17,334 nucleotides of DNA from NCBI GenBank assembly GCA_041481445.1, contig JBGPBV010000141.1:1-17334 (forward strand), in the 5' to 3' direction. A program made the position numbers and the translations under genes. The notes beneath the pieces are model-generated. The model ran no database searches. It worked only from the letters and a program-made list of their open reading frames with translations, and was not told where the DNA came from. Position 1 is the stretch's first letter. The number at the start of each line of letters is the position of its first letter. Positions 9,167-16,199 of the stretch are shown here, one piece after another. The DNA is from Vicinamibacteria bacterium (GTDB lineage: Bacteria > Acidobacteriota > Vicinamibacteria > Fen-336).

Positions 9167-10402
9167 ATGACCGACAGGCCCGATCCGTCCGGCCGGCGCC
9201 GGTTCCTCCGCACGTCCCTCGGCGCGACCACGGCCCTCCTGGCCGGCGCGCGCCTGGCCCCCGCCTCCGTTCTGGGCGCGAACGATCGCATTCGCATCGG
9301 CGTGATCGGCACCGGCGGGCGGGCCCGTGGCCTCATGCAGCAGCTCCAGGAGCTGCCCGGCCAGGAGATGGTGGCGGTGTCGGACGTCTACGAGCCGCGC
9401 TTGCTGGAGGCGGCGGACATCACCGCGGGCAAGGCGGCGAAGGTCCCCGACTACCGCCGCATCCTCGACGACAAGGCGGTCGATGCCGTCCTCATCGGCG
9501 CCCCCGACCACTGGCACAAGACGATGACGCTCGAGTCGCTCGCCGCCGGCAAGGACGTCTACGTGGAGAAGCCGGTCTCGCATTCGCTCGAAGAGGGCGA
9601 GGCGATGGTGAAGGCGGTCGAGGCCTCGAAGCAGGTCGTGCAGACGGGGACGCAGCAGCGGAGCTGGGACCACTGGATCCTGGGCAAGCAGATCGTGGAT
9701 TCGGGCAAGCTGGGCCGGGTGACCTTCGTCAACACCTACTGGTATCAACTGGCGAGGGGCGGGCCCCTGCCCGAGGTGGAGACGGCCAAGCTCGACTGGA
9801 AGGGCTGGCTCGGCCCCGCCGCCCTTCAGCCATTCGATGCCGAGCGCTTCCTGCGCTGGCGGCACTTCAAGCCGTTCGGTGGCGGCATGCTGACCGACCT
9901 GCTCACCCACTGGATCGACGTCGTGCACTGGTACATGGGCGTGGAGGCGCCGCTGTCCGCCGCCACCACCGCCCGCAAGTACCGCATGAAGAGCTGGGAC
10001 TGGCCGGACGCGGTGACGGCCACCCTCGAGTATCCCGGCGAGCTCATGGTGACCCACACCGGCAGCTACGGCAGCAGCATCGACGACGGGGGGCTCGAGT
10101 TCCGCGGCGATCTGGCCACGCTCAAGATCGACCGGGAGAGGCTCCTCGTCTTCAACGAGGGCTCCCCGCGGGTGGAAGGGCAGTACACCCCCGAGCCCGA
10201 GATCCAGGTGCGCTCGCAGGGCGACGGCACCACCAGCCACCTGCGCAACTGGCTCGACTGCATCCGCAGCCGGAAGACGCCGACCGCCCCGATGCGCGTG
10301 GGCCACCAGGCGGTGCGCGCCGCCCACATTGCCAACGCCTCCATGGGCCTCGGCGCGGCCGTGCGCTACGACGCCCGCACGGGAAGGATCGAGCGGTCCT
10401 GA
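9167..10402 (+). CDS. Gfo/Idh/MocA-family NAD(P)-dependent oxidoreductase with a twin-arginine (Tat) signal peptide, periplasmic
   Basis: The Tat motif is SGRRRFLRTSLGATTALLAGARLAPAS. IRIGVIGTGGRARG is the N-terminal Rossmann motif, and EKP and AVEASKQ are family motifs. Export and architecture are analogous to Zymomonas glucose-fructose oxidoreductase. Confidence 0.9.
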   Translation: MTDRPDPSGRRRFLRTSLGATTALLAGARLAPASVLGANDRIRIGVIGTGGRARGLMQQLQELPGQEMVAVSDVYEPRLLEAADITAGKAAKVPDYRRILDDKAVDAVLIGAPDHWHKTMTLESLAAGKDVYVEKPVSHSLEEGEAMVKAVEASKQVVQTGTQQRSWDHWILGKQIVDSGKLGRVTFVNTYWYQLARGGPLPEVETAKLDWKGWLGPAALQPFDAERFLRWRHFKPFGGGMLTDLLTHWIDVVHWYMGVEAPLSAATTARKYRMKSWDWPDAVTATLEYPGELMVTHTGSYGSSIDDGGLEFRGDLATLKIDRERLLVFNEGSPRVEGQYTPEPEIQVRSQGDGTTSHLRNWLDCIRSRKTPTAPMRVGHQAVRAAHIANASMGLGAAVRYDARTGRIERS

Positions 10403-10403
10403 C

Positions 10404-11204
10404 TCACTGGTCGCGCGGGGGCGGGGCCGGCACGGCCAGGAGCGCGTCCGCCGGCCGATGGCCGGCCCAGGCGATACCGCGCAGGACGATCTCCCGGGGG
10501 ACCTCCTTGAGGAAGTTCGCGGTGTGGTGTCCCTGCATCCAGACGAAGGACCGATAGGGCTGGCCGCCCGGCAGCGTCCTCTCGTACGACCAGGCCTGCG
10601 GGTTCACCTGGCCATCCTGCGGAAGCGGCGCCTCCACGAGCACGTGCATCCCGGGGGCCTTGCGCAGCAGGAAGAACGCCTCGTCGTCGATCTCGAAGTC
10701 GCCGAGGCCGCGCGTGACCGGATGCTCGCGGTCGACGAAATGCACCTTGACCTGTCCCTGCGACCAGTTCATCTCGCCGTGCTGCTTGGCGGCGCCGGCG
10801 ACCTGGGAGAACCAGCCCGGATCGTCCGAGCACATTCCGTCGTGGAGCACGACCAGCCCGCCGCCGCGCTTGAGGTACGGGTCCAGGGCCGCCCGCTCGG
10901 CCGGGCGGCAGCTGCCGCCGTCCCCCTTGTAGATGATGAGGACGTCCGTCCGGGCCAGCTCGTCCGCGGTGGGGAAGTGGAGCGCGCCGTCCACGGTGAC
11001 GCCGCGTTCGAGCAGGATCTTGCTCCAGTCGGCCAGGAACGCCGGATAGTCGTGCACCCCGTTGCCGACCGGGTTGTGCGTCTTCTCCCCGGCGCGGATG
11101 AACACGCGCAGCGGCCGCGCGGGCTCCTGCGCGCCGAGGCGGGCGGCCAGGGGGACCGCGACCGCGACCGCGGCCAGCAGCACGAGCGTCATCTTCGGTT
11201 CCAT
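10404..11204 (-). CDS. ThuA-like (trehalose-utilisation domain, class-I glutamine-amidotransferase-like fold) protein, secreted
   Basis: LKRGGGLVVLHDG and SYERTLPGGQPYRSFVWMQGHHTANF...IAWAG match ThuA-domain conserved blocks. I chose the ATG at 11204 (MEPKMTLVLLAAVAVAVPLAA, a Sec signal) because GGGAGGA lies 3-4 nt upstream. The longer track ORF starting at 11294 adds a non-signal Arg/Cys-rich extension and overlaps the upstream gene. Confidence 0.75.
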   Translation of the reverse strand: MEPKMTLVLLAAVAVAVPLAARLGAQEPARPLRVFIRAGEKTHNPVGNGVHDYPAFLADWSKILLERGVTVDGALHFPTADELARTDVLIIYKGDGGSCRPAERAALDPYLKRGGGLVVLHDGMCSDDPGWFSQVAGAAKQHGEMNWSQGQVKVHFVDREHPVTRGLGDFEIDDEAFFLLRKAPGMHVLVEAPLPQDGQVNPQAWSYERTLPGGQPYRSFVWMQGHHTANFLKEVPREIVLRGIAWAGHRPADALLAVPAPPPRDQ

Positions 11205-11207
11205 GGA

Positions 11208-11214
11208 TCCTCCC
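11208..11214 (-). promoter_or_regulatory. Shine-Dalgarno (GGGAGGA) for the ThuA-like gene
   Basis: The reverse complement reads GGGAGGAtccATG. Confidence 0.5.
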
Positions 11215-11247
11215 GCGACCTCGTCGCATCCGGCGTTGATGGGAGCC

Positions 11248-13809
11248 TCACCTCGGCAGCGCGCGCAGCTCCTCCGCGCTCCAGGGGCGCGCACGCCGCC
11301 TGGTCAGACCGCGGATCTCCTTGACCGCCTCCGGCTCGACCGCGGAGCCGGTGTTGCCCCACGCCCGGCGCACGTAGGTCAGGACCGATGCGATCTCGTC
11401 GTCGCCGAGCGCGGCCAGGGGCGGCATCAGGCCGATGTCGCCCTCCTTGCCGGCCAGGACGATGCGGACGGGAACGCCCGCCTCGCCGACGAGCAGGGAC
11501 GACCCCACGAGGCTGGGGCCCTGGTGCTCTCGCCCGCGGCCGTCTTCTCCGTGGCAGGAGAGGCAGAGGTTGCCGAAGAGCTTGTGGCCGGCCTCGAACC
11601 GGGCGTTCTCGCTGGCGGTCAGCGGCGGTGCCTCGACGCGCGCCACGGGCTTGCCCGGCCAGTCGAGCCGGGCCGCGACCGCCTTGGCCAGTGCGCCGAT
11701 CTCGCCCGTCTCCGCCGTCATGCTCCGCAGCGACCGGGGTGGGGCGGACAGCCTCACGGCGCGGGGGGGCCCCGTGCGCGCGGCGGGGCCACCGGGCTCG
11801 CCGCGCTCGCCGCCGCCGAGGCCGGCCTCCAGGCCGCGCAACAGCGCCGCGCGCTGCCAGGGCGGCCGATCGGTGGTCCCGGCCTGCTCGAGCAGGCGCG
11901 TCACGGCCGCGGGCGCGCGCGACCGCGCCAGGGCTCCGGCCAGCATGGCGACCCCTTCCGCGGTCTCCGCGTTCCCCTCGCCCTCCAGCAGCCGCCCGAG
12001 AACGTCGGCCTCCATCCCCGCGAGCCCGCTCACGACGGCGTCGACGGTGATCGGATCGCCGCCGTAGCGCCGGAGCATGCCCAGGGCCGGCTCGAGGCGC
12101 ACGGTGCGGGGCAGCTCGCCGATCGAGGCGGCGAGCTGGCGGCGGACGGTCCAATGCGGATCGTCCATCAGGCGGAGCACGGTGGCGGCGAGCGGATGGC
12201 CGGGCTCGGCCAGCCACGTCTCGGACCATCGAATCGCCCATGCGCGCACGTCGGGTGAGGGATCGGAATAGAGCTGCTGGAGGGTCGGCGCGTCGAGCGC
12301 ACCCAGCCCGCCGAGCGTGCCCAGCGCGTGCAGCTTCGTCCGCCACTCCGTCGCCGAGCGCAGGAGGTCCCGCAGCGCCGGCACCACGGCGCGGTCGCCG
12401 CGCTGGACGAGGAGCTGCTGCGCGGTATCCCGCCACCACCCGTTCGGATGGGCCAGGTACGGGACGAGGGAGGCCGAGGTCTCCTTCGACAGCGCCGGCC
12501 GGTGGTCGCGCTGGGTCGTGTCGTGCCGGAGGCGCCAGATGCGTCCACGGTTCGTGGGCTGGACGAGCTTGTTCCGCTTGATGTAGTCCTGCAGGTATTC
12601 GGTCTGGTAGGCGGCGTCCTGCACCACGCCGCGGTACATGTCGACCACGTAGAGGGTGCCGTCGGGGGCGGAGGCCGCGCTCACCGGCCGCACGCGCTCG
12701 TCGCGGGAGGCGAAGATCTCGCCCTTCTTGAAGCCGTTGCGCGCGGTCAGGCGGCCCTGGCCGTCGTCCTCGATCACGAACCAGTGCAACATGTTCGTCG
12801 TGCAGTCGGTGATGAACACGCCGCCCCGCAGCTCGTAGGGCAGGCGATCGCCGCGGTAGACGACGGGGGTGGCCGCGCTCTGCAGGATCCGCGAGGAGCC
12901 GTCCGGCCGGAAGAACTGGTCGCGGTAGCCGCGATTGACGCCGCGCGTGGGCCGCACCGGCCAGACCTCGGCTTCGGAAAGGGAGATGAGCGAGGCGTAG
13001 AGGCCGCGCGTCTGCACGACGCCCGGGTTCCTCATGAAGTAGCGGGCGGGCGTGTAGTCCACGAACAAGGGCGAGCTGTTGACGTTGCGAAAGACGCGCC
13101 CGGCGTCGTCGATGGAGCCGCCCCACTGCCCGCGGTTGAGGGTCGGCATGACCTCGAAGCCGCCGCCGCGCCGGTACCGCAGGTGCCAGTCGTGCTCGGA
13201 GGTGTAGAGCCAGTTGTCGAGTCCCCAGATGAGGCTGTTCGCGTTGTGCTCCGGGTTCCCCTCCCGGCGGCCGAAGGTGTCGCTCACCAGCGTCTTCTCG
13301 TCCATCTTCAGGTCGCCGTTCGTGTCGCGCATCCACCACAGGTACGGCGGCTCGCCCACGAGCACGCCGCCGGCCAGGGTCTTGATCGCGCGCGGCAGGA
13401 CGAGCTTGTCGGCGAAGACGGTCCGGCGGTCCATCGTCCCGTCGTCGTCGAGGTCTTCCAGGACCACCACCCGGCAGATCCCCTCGCGTGAGTCCTTCAT
13501 CCCCTCGCCCGCGGCGAAGGCCGGCATCTCGACCACCCACAGGCGGCCGTCGGCGTCGAAGTCGATCAGGATGGGGTCCTCGACCAGGGGCTCCTTCGCC
13601 ACCAGCTCGACCCGATAGCCGGGGGGGACGACGATCGTCTTCCGGGACTCCTCCGCCGAGAGCTCCGGCGCGCCCTTGTCCTCCGGCACCACGGGGGGCG
13701 GCCAGGGCTGGCGCTCGACCTGGCCGCGACAGCCGAGGGCGGCACCCGTCGCGAGGAGCACCGCCGCCAGGGTGAAGACGGTCGCGAGACGTCCGCTCCT
13801 GGCCTGCAT
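11248..13809 (-). CDS. PVC-type heme-binding CxxCH lipoprotein: N-terminal membrane-bound-dehydrogenase domain, central HEAT repeats, C-terminal cytochrome c domain
   Basis: The lipoprotein signal is MQARSGRLATVFTLAAVLLATGAALGC. The N-terminal block IVVPPGYRVELVAKEPLVEDPILIDFDADGRLWVVEM is typical of the TIGR02604-type dehydrogenase domain of Planctomycetes/Verrucomicrobia/Acidobacteria. HEAT-like repeats span residues ~480-600 (ALRDLLRS..., LYSDPSPDVRAWAIRW..., LRLMDDPHWTVRRQLA...). The C-terminus carries GNLCLSCHGEDG, a CxxCH heme c site. Confidence 0.85.
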   Translation of the reverse strand: MQARSGRLATVFTLAAVLLATGAALGCRGQVERQPWPPPVVPEDKGAPELSAEESRKTIVVPPGYRVELVAKEPLVEDPILIDFDADGRLWVVEMPAFAAGEGMKDSREGICRVVVLEDLDDDGTMDRRTVFADKLVLPRAIKTLAGGVLVGEPPYLWWMRDTNGDLKMDEKTLVSDTFGRREGNPEHNANSLIWGLDNWLYTSEHDWHLRYRRGGGFEVMPTLNRGQWGGSIDDAGRVFRNVNSSPLFVDYTPARYFMRNPGVVQTRGLYASLISLSEAEVWPVRPTRGVNRGYRDQFFRPDGSSRILQSAATPVVYRGDRLPYELRGGVFITDCTTNMLHWFVIEDDGQGRLTARNGFKKGEIFASRDERVRPVSAASAPDGTLYVVDMYRGVVQDAAYQTEYLQDYIKRNKLVQPTNRGRIWRLRHDTTQRDHRPALSKETSASLVPYLAHPNGWWRDTAQQLLVQRGDRAVVPALRDLLRSATEWRTKLHALGTLGGLGALDAPTLQQLYSDPSPDVRAWAIRWSETWLAEPGHPLAATVLRLMDDPHWTVRRQLAASIGELPRTVRLEPALGMLRRYGGDPITVDAVVSGLAGMEADVLGRLLEGEGNAETAEGVAMLAGALARSRAPAAVTRLLEQAGTTDRPPWQRAALLRGLEAGLGGGERGEPGGPAARTGPPRAVRLSAPPRSLRSMTAETGEIGALAKAVAARLDWPGKPVARVEAPPLTASENARFEAGHKLFGNLCLSCHGEDGRGREHQGPSLVGSSLLVGEAGVPVRIVLAGKEGDIGLMPPLAALGDDEIASVLTYVRRAWGNTGSAVEPEAVKEIRGLTRRRARPWSAEELRALPR

Positions 13810-13824
13810 CCCTGGATCTCGAGG

Positions 13825-15309
13825 CTATTCGATCGGATCGAGGCGCACCACGACGCCGGGCGTGGACGACGACAGCTTGACCCCTGGCAGCTGCAGGGCC
13901 ACGTAGAGCAGCCCGTCGGGGCCGGTCACGACGTCACGCACACGGCCGTAGCGGTTGAAGAGCACCTCCTCGTGCGTGGCCTGGCGGCCTTTCACCTCCA
14001 GGCGCCGCAGGGCGGTGCCGCCGAGGCCGGTCACGAACAGGTCGTTGCGCCAGCCCGGATAGCGATTCCCCGAGTAGAAGTGGATCCCGCTGGGCGCGAT
14101 GGTCGGGTTCCAGTACACGATCGGCGGCTCCATGCCCTCGTGCGCCGTCTGCGTGATGCCGGGCTCGAGGCCGTGCGAGATCACGGGCCAGCCGTAGTTG
14201 TGGCCGGGCTCGAGGATGTTGAGCTCGTCGCCGCCCATCGGCCCGTGCTCGGACTCCCACAGGAGGCCGGTCACCGGATCGATCGAGAAGCCCTGGGGAT
14301 TGCGATGGCCGTAGGTCCAGATGGTCGGCACCGCACCGGCGCGGCCCGCGAACGGGTTGTCGGAGGGGACGGTCCCGTCGTCGTTGATGCGGTGCACCTT
14401 TCCCAGCGGGCTTCCGAGGTCCTGGGCGGCCGTTGGCTGCCCCCGGTCTCCGATCGAGTACAGGAGCTTGCCCTGTCGATCGAAGACGAAGCGCGAGCCG
14501 TAGTGGTAGTTGAGGGGACCGAAGAGCGCCGGCGGCGGCCGGTAGAGGGCCTGCTCGTCGACCCACCGGTTGTCCTTGACCCGCCCGCGGACGATCGCGG
14601 TCATCGACGTGTCATCGGGCCCGGCGGCCGCGTACGAGAGATAGATCCAGCCGTTCTCGGCGTAGTTCGGATGCACCTCGACGTCCAGGAGTCCCCCGTC
14701 CTGGACGGTCCAGGGCCTGGGCGTGCCCGCGACCGCCTCCGGCAACAGGCGGCCCTTCTCCACGATCCTCAGCCGGCCCGGCCGCTCGGTGACGAGCATC
14801 CGCCCGTCCGGCAGGAACGCGATCCCCCAGGGCGTCTCCAGGTCGCGCGCCACCACCTCGAGCTTGAAGGCCTGCTTCTCCGACCGGATCACCTGGCCTT
14901 CGGGGTCGACGATCGTCGGCGGATGTTCCCGGGCTTCGGCCGCCTCCTGGCGGATCAACACCACGAGCTGCCAGATCTGCTCCTCCGTGAGCACGTCCTT
15001 GAAGGCGACCATCGCGGTGCCTTTGCGGCCGTCGCGGATGGTCTCGACCACGTGCGCGTCGTCGCCGCCGAACTTCCACTCGTCGTCGACCAGGCTGCTC
15101 GCCGCGCCACCCTCGAGGGACCGGCCGTGGCAGGCCACGCAACGCTGGTCGTACACGGCCCAGGTCTTCACCATCGGATCGCCCGGCCCGCGTCCGGCCC
15201 GCGGGTCGCGGGGTGGGCTCGGCGCGGACGGCGGACCCTGCGCGGGGGGGACGGTGAAGGCGAGCGTGGCCGCGGCGGCCAGGGGCCAGACGGCGGCGGC
15301 GCGAGTCAT
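13825..15309 (-). CDS. Cytochrome c-fused PQQ-dependent soluble sugar (glucose/sorbosone) dehydrogenase, secreted
   Basis: The signal peptide is MTRAAAVWPLAAAATLAFTVPPAQG. The N-terminal domain has CVACHG (CxxCH). The beta-propeller body has sGDH/YliI-family blocks: WGIAFLPDGRMLVTER, GGLLDVEVHPNY, GHRNPQG, LWESEHGPMGGDELN and GHNYGWP. It lies 15 nt upstream of the PVC gene, so they are probably co-transcribed. Confidence 0.9.
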   Translation of the reverse strand: MTRAAAVWPLAAAATLAFTVPPAQGPPSAPSPPRDPRAGRGPGDPMVKTWAVYDQRCVACHGRSLEGGAASSLVDDEWKFGGDDAHVVETIRDGRKGTAMVAFKDVLTEEQIWQLVVLIRQEAAEAREHPPTIVDPEGQVIRSEKQAFKLEVVARDLETPWGIAFLPDGRMLVTERPGRLRIVEKGRLLPEAVAGTPRPWTVQDGGLLDVEVHPNYAENGWIYLSYAAAGPDDTSMTAIVRGRVKDNRWVDEQALYRPPPALFGPLNYHYGSRFVFDRQGKLLYSIGDRGQPTAAQDLGSPLGKVHRINDDGTVPSDNPFAGRAGAVPTIWTYGHRNPQGFSIDPVTGLLWESEHGPMGGDELNILEPGHNYGWPVISHGLEPGITQTAHEGMEPPIVYWNPTIAPSGIHFYSGNRYPGWRNDLFVTGLGGTALRRLEVKGRQATHEEVLFNRYGRVRDVVTGPDGLLYVALQLPGVKLSSSTPGVVVRLDPIE

Positions 15310-15451
15310 GGAGCCGGATTATGGCCCACTCGCGATCCCGCCCAGGGGAACACCTCCGCCCGGTGAGATGGGTGCGGTCCACGAACGCTTCCGGGCGGCG
15401 GTCGAACCCACACATTGCGGTCCGGCGGCATTCGGCCGTACCTTTAGGCGC

Positions 15452-15458
15452 AAGGAGG
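15452..15458 (+). promoter_or_regulatory. Shine-Dalgarno (AAGGAGG) for the PAS-domain gene
   Basis: The sequence is gcAAGGAGGctgcccGTG, with a GTG start at 15465. Confidence 0.5.
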
Positions 15459-15464
15459 CTGCCC

Positions 15465-16046
15465 GTGTTCTCGAAGACATCCGCCGAGGACCTTCGGGCG
15501 GTGCTGGCCGCCTATCGGACGGTCAAGAACGGGTCCTGGCCCCAGCTCCACGCGGCCATGGATCGTCGCGCCTCGCACTGGGCGATGGCGGCGGAGACGG
15601 AGCTGGCCGCCGAGCTCGCGGGCTATCTGAAGGAGGCGGACGTGCCCGACGGCGTCGTGCGCGTGTTCTGGAAGCTCGGACCCAGGTTCATCTTCGCCGG
15701 TTGCAACGAGCGCTTCGCCCACGACGCGGGTGTGCCCGCGGCCGAGCTCATGGGCATGGACGACTTCGACTCGCGGCTGCCCTGGGGCGCGCAGGCCTCC
15801 AAGTACCGCGCGGACGACGCGGAGGTCTTCAAGGCCGCCGCCCCCAAGCTCGACATCGTGGAGCGTCAGAAGTCGGCCTCCGGTGACATCGTCTGGGTCC
15901 GCGTCGGCAAGGCGCCGATCCTGGCCGCCGGCGGCAGCGCTCGGGGCGTCCTGGGCATGTACGACCTCCTCGCCGACAAGGAGGCGAAGAAGATCGTGTT
16001 CACGCGCACGACACAGACGTTCAAGATCCCACCGTCCGGGCGGTAG
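15465..16046 (+). CDS. Small stand-alone PAS-domain protein (~193 aa), no recognisable output domain
   Basis: FAGCNERFAHDAGVPAAELMGMDDFDSRLPWGAQASKYRADDAEVFKAAAPKLDIVERQKSASGDIVWVRVGKAPILAAGGSARGVLGMYDL follows the PAS consensus (N-x-F...G-x-x-x-x-EL-G...D...Y...D...V...G...E...G...W...K-P...G-x-x-GV-G...D). I chose the GTG at 15465 because of the strong SD. The ATG at 15321 in the track would add a non-coding-looking leader overlapping the divergent promoter region. Confidence 0.6.
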   Translation: MFSKTSAEDLRAVLAAYRTVKNGSWPQLHAAMDRRASHWAMAAETELAAELAGYLKEADVPDGVVRVFWKLGPRFIFAGCNERFAHDAGVPAAELMGMDDFDSRLPWGAQASKYRADDAEVFKAAAPKLDIVERQKSASGDIVWVRVGKAPILAAGGSARGVLGMYDLLADKEAKKIVFTRTTQTFKIPPSGR

Positions 16047-16148
16047 GCCCGCAGGAAGGGTCGGGCGGCGGCGCGCGCGTCCGGCCCACCGCTCGCGCGC
16101 TACCTCACGACGGAGCCGCCGGGATCGCAGGCCGCCGGCCTCCTGGTC

Positions 16149-16163
16149 ACCGCTCCGGGAGCG
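16149..16163. terminator. Candidate bidirectional hairpin (CCGCTC-cgg-GAGCGG) between the convergent PAS and SPFH genes
   Basis: A perfect 6-bp GC-rich stem with a 3-nt loop, seen directly. There is no T-tract, which is expected in a 70% GC genome. A second possible stem is gcgcgcg(16073-16079)/cgcgcgc(16094-16100). Confidence 0.25.
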
Positions 16164-16199
16164 GCGCGTCGTGCCCGCGCCGCCCCCGGAGGGGTCCGC

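Noticed and set aside
11205-11294. Upstream extension of the ThuA-like ORF to 11294 (MRAPGARRSCARCRGE...)
   Set aside because: It overlaps the stop of the PVC gene and lacks a signal-peptide character. The internal ATG at 11204 has a near-perfect SD and yields a canonical Sec signal.
9077-11324. ORFs 9077..10327 (minus), 10329..11324 (plus) and 10366..11229 (minus)
   Set aside because: They are antisense or alternative frames of the Gfo/Idh/MocA and ThuA-like genes with low-complexity translations.
11062-13775. ORFs 11062..12258, 11189..13540, 11388..12050, 11435..12067, 12328..13491 and 13488..13775
   Set aside because: All overlap the PVC heme-protein gene in other frames or on the other strand. 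Their products are R/G/P/A homopolymer-like. Only frame 11248..13809 minus gives the dehydrogenase-domain, HEAT and CxxCH architecture.
15321-15464. ATG at 15321 as the start of the PAS protein (a 241-aa version)
   Set aside because: The extra 48 aa are Arg/Ser/Pro-rich and lie in the intergenic promoter region. A strong AAGGAGG precedes the GTG at 15465, which begins the conserved part.
13934-15886. ORFs 13934..14566 (minus), 13972..15366 (plus), 14612..15415 (minus) and 14723..15886 (plus)
   Set aside because: They are shadow ORFs over the PQQ dehydrogenase gene. The plus-strand ones would also run through the divergent promoter region.
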